Below the pieces are notes generated by a model. That model did not search any database. It saw only the letters and a list, made by a program, of their open reading frames with translations, and was not told where the DNA came from. From positions 17,732,001-17,796,000 of the forward strand of contig NC_134474.1 in assembly GCF_964194025.1 (NCBI RefSeq): a stretch of DNA of 64,000 nt. The letters run 5' to 3'. The stretch is from Convolutriloba macropyga (Eukaryota). Made by a program: the position numbers and the translations under genes. This document shows, in pieces, positions 11,599-24,418 of the stretch (position 1 is the first letter of the stretch; the number at the start of each line of letters is the position of its first letter).

Positions 11599-14196
11599 AA
11601 CAAGGAGGCTCGGTAATGTGCGATTGCACATTGGGATCCGACCCTGCTCACCCAAAATTTTGGCGTAATTTTCTACCAAATAAGGAACAGATAGAAAAAA
11701 ACAAAAATTCAAGTCTTTTTCAAAAAAAAGTGTATAAACGAAAAGATAGTCTCCATAGCTAATAACTCAGTGGAGTAAAAAAAAATGATGCACTAGATTG
11801 ATGAGATATGCCGATATTATGAAAGCGAGTTAAGACGAACAGTAAAATCAAACAACAACAACAACAAACATTAATTACATCAAAAACTTTGTCCATTTTA
11901 AAAAACAAAAGTTAATTAAAAAGTCAACATAGCGTCAGATAAAACTGAAACTATACGTAATAAATTTTAATTCATCAGAAAAGGATTGAGACCAGTCTAT
12001 AATAAGCCTTGGTAACAAACAGAGAAAAAAGAACAAAAACAGTAAAGTTAAAAAATTCTCTCATTTTTTCAAAACATTTAATTTAAAAGTAATGAAAGCC
12101 GTTAGAAATCAATAATATATCCCATAGGTTTGCGATTACCTATGCCCTTTTAGAAAGACATTAGGACCTGTCATCATTCAACTTATGCGGTTAAAAAGAA
12201 CAACAAAAGGACAACAAACAAAAATTCAATTCAAACTTGCCAGAAAACGCTGTCGAATCCGTAAAGCCATAATTTGGGCCTCAAAATATGTTCGACTGCG
12301 CCTTTCTTGGAACACAAATAATGTAGTATGTGACCTCTTTTTATTGAGACCAGGTACCAAGCAGACGAAAAAGAAATAAGGTTAAACTAAGTAACACTTT
12401 TGTTTTTTTAAAACAAAATTACTTCCAAAGTCATGAAAGCCATTAATTATAGAAGAAAAAAATTAGATAGTTTATGCTTCACAAAGAAGCCATTGAGACC
12501 TGAAATTATCCAGAATATGTTTTTGTCTGCAAAAAAACGTCAAATATGACAAAAATTAAAAATTAATTTACTTTTTCATAACGAATTCTTGCAAGCATTG
12601 CATTTTGTGACACCAATCCCTTTTGACACATTCCCTTGACATCAATAATGTCATATTTCACCTCTAATTAACGGGTTAACGGGACTAGGTAAAAATAGAC
12701 AGTAAAAGAATAAAATTGCGGTTTTAAAAAGATTTTTTTTTGTTTTGGAAAACAATTGTTTTCAAAGTGATGAAAGCCATCAGCTATCCACTAATACCGG
12801 GAAATTGACTCATCTATTCTTCTATGGAAAACTAATGAACAGTCATTATAGAGGAAATTTCATATGACTAAAACGACAACGCCAAAACAACAGTTAACGA
12901 CAAAATTTAAAAAAGTCAATTCATTTCTTCAAGAAAGTAATGTCGATGCCGTTAAACCATAATCTATATCTTTCAGGATTTTTATATGCTCAATTGTGTT
13001 TTTCTTGATTGCCAATAATGTGATATGTGATCTGTCACCAATGTGACAACGTGACAAAATTAGAAAACGTGAAAAATCGGCAAATATCTGAAAAAAAAAA
13101 TATGTGAAAAGTGGTATCAAAAACAGAAAACCAAAACTTAAGGCGTAAAACCGCAATAGATATTCAATTTCAAATCAGTAGAAAGAAGAAGCATTCTTTC
13201 GTTGATGACACTAAGCTACAAGTTGACCGAATTGAGAAAAAAATTAGAGACAGATTTCATTAAGCCATATATTTAAAAATCAAAAATTTTTGAAATTCAA
13301 AACGACCGTAAGCTTTCAAGTAACAAACTAGATGCATCAACATCAAGCTATTTAGGAAGCCAGTTTGAATTTTCACTACTGCGCTTCGAATTGAATTGTT
13401 CTTTTCTTTAATTATTATAATGAAGTCCCATTTTAAAAAAAACCGACTGATTACAATACGAATTCGATTTTGATTGTAACAGTCCAAGATTGGTCCAAAA
13501 CTAGCCTTGCTATTACTGCTAGTCCGTTAGGAACACTTAATAACTCGAAGGTAATAGATATTGATAATTGTTTAGTTACAATATCAAAAATATGCTGCAT
13601 TTTTAATAATCAACGGGTAAAATTAGCAGAAAACGGCAAATATCATTACAGAGCTCTCTCAACAAAAAGTTGAAATACAAATAGCCCTCTTTTGAGTCTA
13701 AAACGATTGTATTTGTGGTGTATGGCTGTGTACTTCCGGTAAATGTAATGAAAGAGGACTAAAGAAGCTTATTTCGTGCTGTTTTTGATAAAAAGGCTGA
13801 ATTTTGAAATACTTAGCCAGAGTTTTCGACAAAAAATTTAATTGAAAACAGTTGACAATATATTTTTGTTTTTCAAAAAAAACAACAACACTATTTTTCA
13901 AAATTTTAACAATATTTAGCAATATTGACATATTTTTAGACAAAAATTCCGGAAAATGTGAATAAAAACAACGGAATTCACTCTACTTTTTTCAGAAGTT
14001 TAAACCTCGACAACTCCCTGTAGAAAACGAAAATTATAAAAATCTTTTTAATTCCATTTTCTACGCTGGTCGAGCTTTCTAATGATACCAGTCTCATTTC
14101 TCTACGATGAATATATCGATCGGCGAAAATTGACTGAACAAAAAAAACCCATTTGAGTATATAGTTCCTCCCCCCTCAAGAGGGGTTGGAACAATT
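11599..14196 (-). mobile_element. Non-autonomous Helentron (HINE/DINE-1-like), copy A
   Basis: Homologous end to end to 56039-58654; degenerate subTIRs, 3' hairpin followed by AGCCTCCTTGTT terminus; no ORF. Confidence 0.8.
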
Positions 14197-15149
14197 ATTT
14201 CTGCGTTATCAAAGAGGAGCATTTTAAGACCATTTCGCACACGCCCTACCCCGCAACTATTAAACAAATATGGCGATAAGATAAATTATAACATATCTGA
14301 GACACCCAAACTTATTAAAAATATTTTATGTTTTTTGTATAAAACAAAACGACTGCCAGTAACATACAAGCATCAATAATGTTTTCATATCCTTATATTG
14401 GGTTACCTATAGTCGGTTATTTAATTACAAGGGCTACTTCTGCCTCCCATAAACTCCAAGAACTAACAACTATAATAAACACTCCTTGCACTAAGTCGCT
14501 CTTTCTTATGTCTGCATACTGTTCTCGCCGTATTAACCATTTCGTTGCTCAAATTCCCAATAACCCGGGGCTGCCAACTAAATAATCTGTTTGCTTCATA
14601 TAAATTGTCACAGAAAATTACTTGTGGAAGACCTACTCCCCGTCGACTGTTGAATAATGCCTTTTTTGGTAAACTCATCAGCTCAAATGTCACAGAGAGA
14701 GCCATATTACGTAAATAGACTTCAACTATAGTATCCCGCCACGTATATGGAACTCAGCAATTTTGACGGGCGATGGCCAAATTGGGCAAATGAAGATCTA
14801 GTTAGCCGACAACCAAAAAATGTTACTTGAATCCGACTAAAATCCATTGTAATAGTTGGACGATTTAATGACATTTGATATTGACGAATCAGATTTGTCG
14901 ACAAATCAGAATTAAGACGTCCAATTAAATATCTCATTTTTTGTGTCGGCTAAACTCTTCGTCGGTCAGCATCCCTGCAACATTTTGAGGGAGGGGTAAC
15001 GGTAGACAGAGAAAGAGAGAGAAACGAGTCGAAACTAATTATAGAAATGTCAACAGACTAAACAGAACAAGAGTTGACAGGGTCCAATCACCAATTCCCC
15101 TCGCCCTCCAACTCCATTGGGATTTAGCCCACTGTTACAACACATGAAC

Positions 15150-16570
15150 ATTAGAGTATCGGCTCGTCTATTCTTCCGTAACATGTCAGTGAAACCTATC
15201 ACTATACAGGAAACTTCATACAACTGAAATGACAAAGTAAAAAAGACTGTTAATGACAAAATTAAAAAATTCAATTAATTTTTTTAAGAAAGAAGTGTCG
15301 AGGCTGTTAAAACGATAATCTATATCTTTAAGCATTTTAATATGTTCAATTGCGTTTCATTTTGAACGCTAATAATGAGATATGAGAACTGTCAGTAATA
15401 TGATAATGTGACCAGAAAACGTGAAAAAATGGCAGATTTATAAAAACAAAAAAAATCTGAAGTCAAATAGTATCAAAGCCAGAAAACAATAACATCAGGC
15501 TTAAAAACGCAATCGAGACTAAATTTTCAATTAGTAGAATGAAGAAGCATTCTTTCTTCGCTGACACTAAGCTGCAAGTTGACCAAATTAAGAAAAAAAA
15601 GGAGGAAAAGTTCAGTAAGCCATTATTTATTTAAAAATCAATTATTTTTAAAAATCGAAACGATCATAAACTTTCAAATAAAAAACTAAATGCATTAGCT
15701 TGCAATTAATTGCTTAGGAAGCTAATTGGACCTATCACTCCTGAGCTTTCATTTGATATGTTCTGTTCTTTATTATTAAAAAAGGTCTTTTTTCAATCAG
15801 AAAACCGACTGATTGCAATCCGAAATCTTTTTGGATTGTAACAGGCTAACATTGGCCCAAAATTAGCCCTGCTAGTGCTTATTGTCCGTTAGGAACTATT
15901 GAATTTTTCGAATATTGTAGATTTAGATAATTTGTTAGTTGAGAACTCAAAAAAAATTCTGCATTTTTAATAATAAACGCGTAAAGCTAGCAAAAAACGG
16001 CAAAGTTTTAATTACAGAGCACTCACAGCGGAAGCTGATGTAGGAATAGCTCCCTTCTAAGTCTACAAAGATTTTATTAGTGTTGTTTGGGGGTGTAGTG
16101 CCGGCAAATTTTATCAAAGTGGACTAAAGTAGCTTATTTCGTGCTGCTTTTGATGAAAAAGGCTGAATTTTGAAATATTTATCCAGAGTTTTTGAGGAAA
16201 AAAGTTAAATCAAAATAATCAACCAGGATTTTTTGTCCTTAAAAATAAAATCAACGACACTATTTTTAAAAATTTCAACAAATTTTAGCAAAATTGACGA
16301 AAAATTAGGCAAAAATTTCGGAAAATGTGAATAAAACAACGTGAATTCACTCTGCTTTTTTCAGAAGTTTAAACCTCGATAACTCCCTGTAGAAAACGAA
16401 AATTTATAAAAAAACTTTTTAATTCCATATTCTACGCTGGACTGGACGAGCTTTCTAATGATACCAGTCTCATTTCTCTACGATGAATATATCGATCGGC
16501 GAAAATTGACTGAACAAAAAAACCCGTTTGAATATATAGTTCCTCCCCCCTCAAGAGGGGTCGGAACATT
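15150..16570 (-). mobile_element. HINE copy B (5' half only)
   Basis: Aligns with about 12790-14196 and ends in CCTCCCCCCTCAAGAGGGGTCGGAAC like copies A and D. Confidence 0.8.
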
Positions 16571-18286
16571 TATGTACAAAACCTTTGTTCTTTGTGAACC
16601 ATTTACAAAACGAGTTGACTCTCTTCATAGTTTTGTTCTGTGTTGATTTGGACAATAAAAAGATAATCTACACTTTCAAACGCCTGACAGATGAAGTGAC
16701 TCTGAAGAAGTCATTGAGAAAATCTGGCAATATTTGAGAACTGTGAACAAGTAGGAGATGTAAGTCCAATCAGAAATGACTGCAGCAAACATGCGCATTT
16801 TTTCTCGGAACAGTACGAGCAAAGTTCAGAAAAGCAAGGTGTATCCAGTTACAGATTACCGCATTTTTCCAAATAGAGAGAAAACATAAAGTTTTAAAAG
16901 GCAGTGGTTTAGTAAAGTTTATTTCACTTTGCTTACTTAAAAAATTTGACACATGTCAAGCCACTAGGTGGTTTTTGAAATTTATAGTCGCTAGATATTT
17001 TAATCCCATTTCCACAAAGTCAGTCCTGTCTCAAAAAAGGACGCAACGGTATGCAAAAATTATAGGCGAATCTAAGTAATTTAAATCTTTGCAAAACTTT
17101 TTGAACGTCTTGTTTTGAAAAAAGTGAATGACTACTTTATTTAAAAAATACTCAATGATACTGAATTTGGATTTGAAAGGTACGAATTGTCCACAAGATG
17201 CTGTTTTGCAATTTGTTGAAACTTTACAGTATAACTGTGATACAGGAGTATCCATTGTGTAGGAGTCAGTAACCAAGCCTTAAACTGTCTATGTATAAAC
17301 ACTTTATGCATATGTTATTTAAATACTGTCTTTGTAAATAAGTACCATTTGGTGTTAGTTGCTCTTTTGCAGCAACCTGTCTGTTACACAGAAAAAGTGT
17401 TAATAACACATTGATAGAGTGCAGACGAGAAAAGATAGCGTTATGATACGGTCGCCTAGTGGCCAATTAAATGTTACTGCACAATCTGGTTTTCCATTAG
17501 AGAATAGCGAAACTCATAGGAGTCAAGAAATAGACACATCAATTGTACCGTCAACATCATCCTCTAACACAAATACTGATAACCAACTGGTTTGGTCATC
17601 TCGTATTCGAAACAGTTTAAATCCTCAAATTACACAACAGATTACTAAAGTACGCTTCTTAGGAATTTTGGAAGCCCTGTTTTTGTATTGGGATGAAAAT
17701 TTTCGGAATATTTTGAACTCTAAAGCAAGTATTCATAATTTTTTTTATACGGGTTTACAAACAAACATTTTGGCTTAATTATGCTGTTTGTTTTTCAGAA
17801 AGTAATATAACAAGTTTTCTCAATCTCTTTACTACATTAGCGCTGAAAAAAGACAGATACACCGATACAACTGAATTGAAATTTAAATTGCGCGCGCAGT
17901 TCATTTAGGAAGATAACGTATATGAAAAACAATCAAAGATCGATTGCTTTTCATTTTTTGTATATCTTGAGTCAGCTAGAATGTATTTCTGGAAATTTTT
18001 GAGCGACTTGAGTTCAGCCTCAAGCTGGAGCACCCTCCGCTCTTAGCGTTAAATTGATGAGGTTTTCTGGAAATCTACTTAAACTTATACTAAGCCCATT
18101 TATTCAGCCCCTCTAAGAAAATATCAAAGACCAGTCGACCCTATTTCTGATCACGGATCGTAAACTGACCCTTTTCATTTGGCTGCGGTTTTGTCAATGT
18201 TTTTAGTGAATTTAGGCTGATTTCTATAAGTTGGAATTGCATATTTATACAAATTCCGAGTTTTTTCAACATATATTAGAGAATGG

Positions 18287-18566
18287 TCTGATCAGGGGCA
18301 AAATTCAGGAGGATAGTCTGATCAGAAGAAGCGTTGCTCACACCAAAATCGCACGAAAAAATAGGGTCGTTCGAAATTTGCACATAAAACTTGGTTGCGC
18401 AAAAGTCTATTCAGTGGCCTCATCGGTCTGGCGTTGTCTGATCAGAGGGGGCTACGGTCGCACAAAAATTGCACTTTTCCTTGGGTCGCACAAAAATCTG
18501 ATTAGAGGTCATTTCGGTATGGCATGGTCTGATCAGAGATCAAAGTCTGGACATAGTCTGATCAGA
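18287..18566. repeat. Cluster of six TCTGATCAGA-like palindromes interleaved with CGCACAAAAA-like motifs
   Basis: Motif at about 18287, 18317, 18437, 18498, 18527 and 18557; another copy near 2524. Confidence 0.6.
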
Positions 18567-21540
18567 GGAGAGTGGGGTCTGGAACCTTAACCTGGGTCAC
18601 CGTTTTGCTCTTATAGTCAGCGTTTGAAAAATGAAAATTCAGTCATTGACAGTGTAAAAATAGTTATTGAGCAAGTAGTAAGTTCTCGATCGCATTAATG
18701 GAAATTTTAACAGTTTCTTTTTTAATGTTTCCGGGCACTTTTGACCTCAATCGATTCATTTATCAGAATCGTTCATGTCGCTAGTTCAGCCCAAATGGTC
18801 TACTAACCTAAAGTTAGAGCACTCCTTACTTCGTTCGTTTCCATAAGAGTCTGCTACTATAAACACTAAAGACCTCCAATCGGCATCAACAGATGGAATC
18901 AACTCGACAAAGAAAAATACCACAATCAAATTACGCATTTTGAATACAGCAATGATTGTCAAATGAATTAAAATATGTTATTTGTTTTCAGAGCTTGTTG
19001 TCAAAACAATTGAAACGATTGAAAGGTAAGTTTGAGGTGAAATGAACTATTTACATCAGAGCAAATATGAATAATTAAATGAGTATACTTTTCCATTGTT
19101 ACTGATGTATTATTTAATGTATTTTGACCGACTCAGATAAATGGTTCGTTAATGAAGAATTGAAGCAAATGTTTGGAAAACCAAAATATACTGCTCCCAA
19201 AAAAATTTGGAAAAAACAATGACAAAAACAAAATTATAATCCAATCTGCAGAATTCGGATCATTGTCACAAAAAAATAATAATAATGAAACCTTGTCTCA
19301 TCTCAACTTTAAGATGCCAAAAAAATCAAAGCTGGTCAATTAACATTTGAAAATCAGCTAAAACTATTTTTAACCAAAAATGTTTCAAAATTAATTTTGT
19401 ACATAAATATATAAAAAGATTTTTTATGCCATTGAAAAGTATAAATTCTCAGAGAGATAGGCAAGCCAAAAAATTCTACCTAATTTTGAAAAGAAAATGA
19501 AAAACTTCAAAAAAATTTAAAAGTATACTTTCCATTTCTCAACAAAAAACTGCTTTAAACCAACAAAATTACCAGCAATTGGTAATTGTGGTAATTAATT
19601 ATACTTATTAACAGAAAATGTATTAACTGACATTTTTTGAATAAAAAACAACGTAAAAAAAATTGAGCAGGTTTCTTTTAGGTTATTTTATTTGCAGTTC
19701 AAAACAATTGTGGAAATATTCGGCCAAATAAAGTTGAAATTTCTTACAAAGTTATTTCTTCTAGAATATTATTTTTATTATTTTTTTTTAAATTTTATCT
19801 ACAGTAAAATTAAAGCACTATCTTAAATTTATGTATTATGTGACCACGTTTTCTCTCAAATCAAAGTGGCAAGAACCTAATTGATTCTGTTTTGTTTCGA
19901 TAAGCATTTTTCAAGCATAAATCTTGAATGTTTTAAAAAGTCGCAATTCTAAGGTTTTCATCAAAGAAAAACGCAAAAAATGTAGTAAAAGCAACCTTTG
20001 TGAACTTAAGTGTTTTTATTCTGATAGCAAGCATATCTTTTTTGACAGATCATTTCATCTATACAATTATTTCATTGTTAAAACTAGGGCTACTTAATGC
20101 AAAGTATACCTGTTGAGAATTTTTCTGCAGCATTTTCGTTTCAGTTGTCATAATTTTTTGACCCGACAACCAAGACTTGTTGATTAGATTCATGCAACTT
20201 TCAACTGCCAGCAACTGAAGCTACAAGCAACTGACAGCCAATGATACTCTCTGACACATTGGAACTACAAAAATTAAACAGTAAATTGGATTGTTTACGA
20301 ACAGTAACTTTCATGGATTATTTGTCACGAAGCAAAATGTTAGAAGCAAGGTATGAACTGCATGTTTTAATCATTATAACGTGTCATGTTTTATCATTTA
20401 GCGTATAAACAAAATAATTAAGTTAACGACAGACAAAAAAATGCACAAAATTTGACTTCGGGAAAGAAAAACGTTTTATTTATTTTACATCAGTTATATC
20501 AAAAAATTTTAAAGCATCTTTCTCCTAGAAGATATTTTAATCAAAGTCTGTTGTTTGAGTGGTCTAGTTAGAATGCAGTTGAATTCCATCAAATTCAATG
20601 AGATAACATTGTGCAGTATGCACAACCCGTAAACCAAGACGTCTATTTAAACTCAATTGCAGAGACATTTTTTCAACCCTACTTTTTGTTCAGAAACGGG
20701 TGTAATTTTTAAACAGATTACAGTTGAGGAGAATTTTTTTGGCTTCTATTCATTATTGTGATTGTTTCACAACAAAAAAATTAGCGCATTCTTGAAATCA
20801 GCAAGCCAACCATGATAACTGGACTGCTTTTCGCGTGCACTATGTAATTGACTATAATGATCGAAAATCTAATATTAGGAGACCGACTGTTCAGCTTTTG
20901 TTTTTTTTCTAGATTTTTTAGGGGAGCGAATCAACGGAGGTGAAATTATAATGATTCCCTGCTTCTGATGAACTTTAAATGTGCGGAGAATTTATGGACA
21001 ACCTATTTTTCTCTAGTCCAGAACTATTTGAAGATCCGATAATCGTTTGATTCTGGATTTGAAATATATCACTTATCTAAAAGACGCCCCCCCCTCCCAA
21101 AAAAAAATTAAAGGACCACAAAAAATGGATTAAAACAGCTAAACTGCACTTCACCAGCGTATTTAGGATCTCCGCTTTTTTCAATTTGGGCTGAGCGAAA
21201 GTTAAATTTGTGCATCAAATATTTGCGTGCATGTTTTGTCATGGTATTGCATTTTTATGTCCTTTAGGAAATTGACTGTTGAATTCATAAAAATTGAATA
21301 CACTCGTAATTTTTGAGGCGAGCTGGTTTTTGAAAAATTGTTCATTGGTTTGCTAATGAAGGCATTCTAATAAACGCTACTTATCATTAGAAGTTTTTAA
21401 AGGGCATGACGATTCGAAGACCAAAACTTAAAGGTATAGGATTTGATGGTACGGATTTGAGGTGTAGTTCAGTAAATTGTCTGTTGCCTATATGAAGCTC
21501 AACGAAGTCTTTTTTTTTGGAAAAAAACTTTAAATGCCAT

Positions 21541-24000
21541 AATAATAATAAATAATAATTTAGTTCTCGAGTTTATTCCATTGCTTGCATTTATAAATTT
21601 ACAAACAACAAAACAAAACCCGAAAGGACATCAAAAGGTCACTAGACATGTCAAGTGATGCCTTTTAATTCTTCACAAAGTCTACTTATTTGTTAATTCA
21701 AACCCTCTCAAATCACATTTTACCCTGGTAATACCATTTTCCAATCAAACTTAAAAACCCTTAGAAAATGTTTAATAAGAAGACCAATTTTATTTGAAAA
21801 AAAGCAGCTCGCTTTATTCCTTACCAAGAAAGGTTAACAAAAATTCCGTTATCTATAATGAATGAGTCTCTATAACAATGTAAAAAGTTTGCTAATTCCT
21901 GTGCACTAAACGAGCATAGTTTTTGAACCATACTTTCATCCATTTTAGTTAAAACATTATATAAGTGTCTTAATCTTTTTATGAGTGACTTAATTCTTCG
22001 CTTCGTTTGAAAAAATTTTGTTTTCAATGGATGAGTTCTTTCGTTTATTTGGATATTCTCTTCAATTAATTCATGAAATGAGTTATTTAATAATTTGCTT
22101 GGATGTTCATGGCGGAGAACTCTTGACAGTAATTTTATCAGTTCATATATGTGTAACTCTTTAACAGAAAACAACTTGTGTTTCCATCTTAGTTCGTCAA
22201 TGCTTTGGAATCTCTTAGCTGAAAATAACAAACGAAAAATTCTGCTTTGCCGCCACTCTAATTTTTGAAGATCACTTTTATTGGCCACTCCATACAACAA
22301 AACCCCGTACTGTATTACTGGTTGAACGTAAACTTTGTATAATCAGACTAGTATGAGTCTTTTGAAAATTTTTTTATACTGATAGATGGCCGCTGTTAAT
22401 GAAATCATCCGACGAATTATTTTCTCAATGTGTGATTTGAAGCTTAGTTTACTATCTATGTATACTCCCAAGTACTTAATGTGGTCGACAAATTGGATAT
22501 TGTAATCATGAATTTTTATTTCAGGTGTCTCATTAGTGGCACCAAAACTTATAGCCTTGCATTTATCTCTATTTATTGCTAACTTATTTGATTCCATCCA
22601 AACTGACACATTTTCTATTGTATCATTAACTCCATGATCCACATTTCCGTAAATATTTGCATCATCAGCAAACATAGTTACATTACAGTTTGTACAAAAG
22701 CAGGCAGATCGTTTACGTAAATCAAGAACAGAAGTGGCCCTAAAACAGAACACTGTGGTACACCGCAAAAAATGCTTTCAAAGGATGATCGCTGCTTGCT
22801 AACTGAAACACATTGTTGTCTGTTGGTCAAATATGAATTCAGAATGGCATAAATTTTCCCCCTCAAACCATACCCAAAATATTTTTGGAGCAAAATTTCA
22901 TGACTCACAGTATCAAAAGCTTTCGATAAATCAATAAAAACTCCATAGTAACTTTCTTTCGAACACAAAGAAATTCTTATTGTTTCAACAACCTCCGACA
23001 CAGCGTCAATTGTGTTTTTCTTTGCCTGATATCCAATCTGTGCCTTGTTTATTACTGAGTACTTGGACAAAAAGGAAATGAGCCTTTTCTGTAGACATTT
23101 CTCAACAAATTTTGAAACAACTGGGAGCAGTGATATTGGTCTATAAATAGCGAACTTATTTACGTTACCATTTTTATACAGAGGTATAACATTGGCAATT
23201 TTCAGAGTTTAGGGAAATCGCCCTGGTCAAAGCAACGATTAATTAATTTTGCAAATGTTTCACTGGCTTGGATTGATCAACTTAATCAGTTGATTTCAAA
23301 AAAGTTATGTAGATCAGAGTATGTTTTTTTGGGCATTTGAATGATAATGTCGAAAACTTCTTTGGCTGTGACGTTAGATAAGAACATGGAATTTTCTAAC
23401 TTTCTGACCCGGCTTAGATTTGACAGCAGAATACAACTTTCAGATAGTTTCTTTCCTATTTCAACAAATACTTATTGATTTCATCAGCATTCAGATTGTC
23501 AATATTTTTTTATTTTCGTTCCTTTAACAGCGTCTATTATTGGAAATAAATTTTATTTTTGTTTGCCTTTTCTTCAATTTTTTGTTCGTAAAACTCTATT
23601 TTTGCTCTTTTTGTTAGGTTTTTTAAAAGATTACGCAGATTATTATATTTTTCTCTATTTTCGGCAGACTGTTCGTTTTTCAATCTTTGGTAGGCTTCAA
23701 GCTTTTCAAGACTAAGATTTTTGATCTGGTTATTCAACCAGGGCTTTTGAACCTGTTTGATTTTTTCGTTAGTGTGCTTTTTGAACTGATGCAAGGGTAC
23801 ATGACAATCCAACTCCTCGTTTGTCACCCTCGTTAAATCAGTAAAACTGAAATCTAAATCAGAAGATAGATATAGTTTAATTCTCGTTCCCAGTTTTTTT
23901 TGCAATACTGTAATTTAAATCTAACCTGAGTTCCTTTATTTGAAGTTTTTTAGTGGCCTATAAGAAGGTTTTTTGTTTGGTTTTTCCGGATCAATCCTTG
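21541..24000 (-). mobile_element. 5'-truncated CR1/L2-group LINE, degenerate reverse transcriptase
   Basis: KPWLNNQIK, YRPISLLP, VFIDLSKAFDTV, GVPQCSVLGPLLFLIYVNDL, MFADD, KYLGVYIDSKLSF spread over broken ORFs 21821-23905; (TTA)n-like tail near 21541-21560. Confidence 0.9.
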
Positions 24001-24418
24001 TTTCACTGCAGCTCAGTTCTACTCCTCTGTGGTAAGAGGTCATTTTATCCCTCATAAGATAGATGGTATTTTTAACAGCAAAAAAACAATGTTCGTTTAC
24101 AGTCTGTTTTCAGGACAGTAAGATTGAAAAGATTGCCAACTTTTTACTCAACTCTAGTTTGAAAATAGAAAATTGCAAAATTAATAGAGAAAATGGCTAG
24201 TAGACAAACAGTTAGTTCTTGAAAAAAAATCAGCTTAACAAAAAAAGTAACCAAAAATTAACAGCATCTCGCAGTTCCCATTATACGGGATCATGAGTAC
24301 GAAAAACAACTTAAAATGCAGCCGAGGCTTTAAAAGACTCCAAACTTTTGCTATATAATTAGTTTAAAAAATACAAGAAAAGTAGACGTGTTTATGAAGT
24401 GAAGGAACCTTAGAAGGA

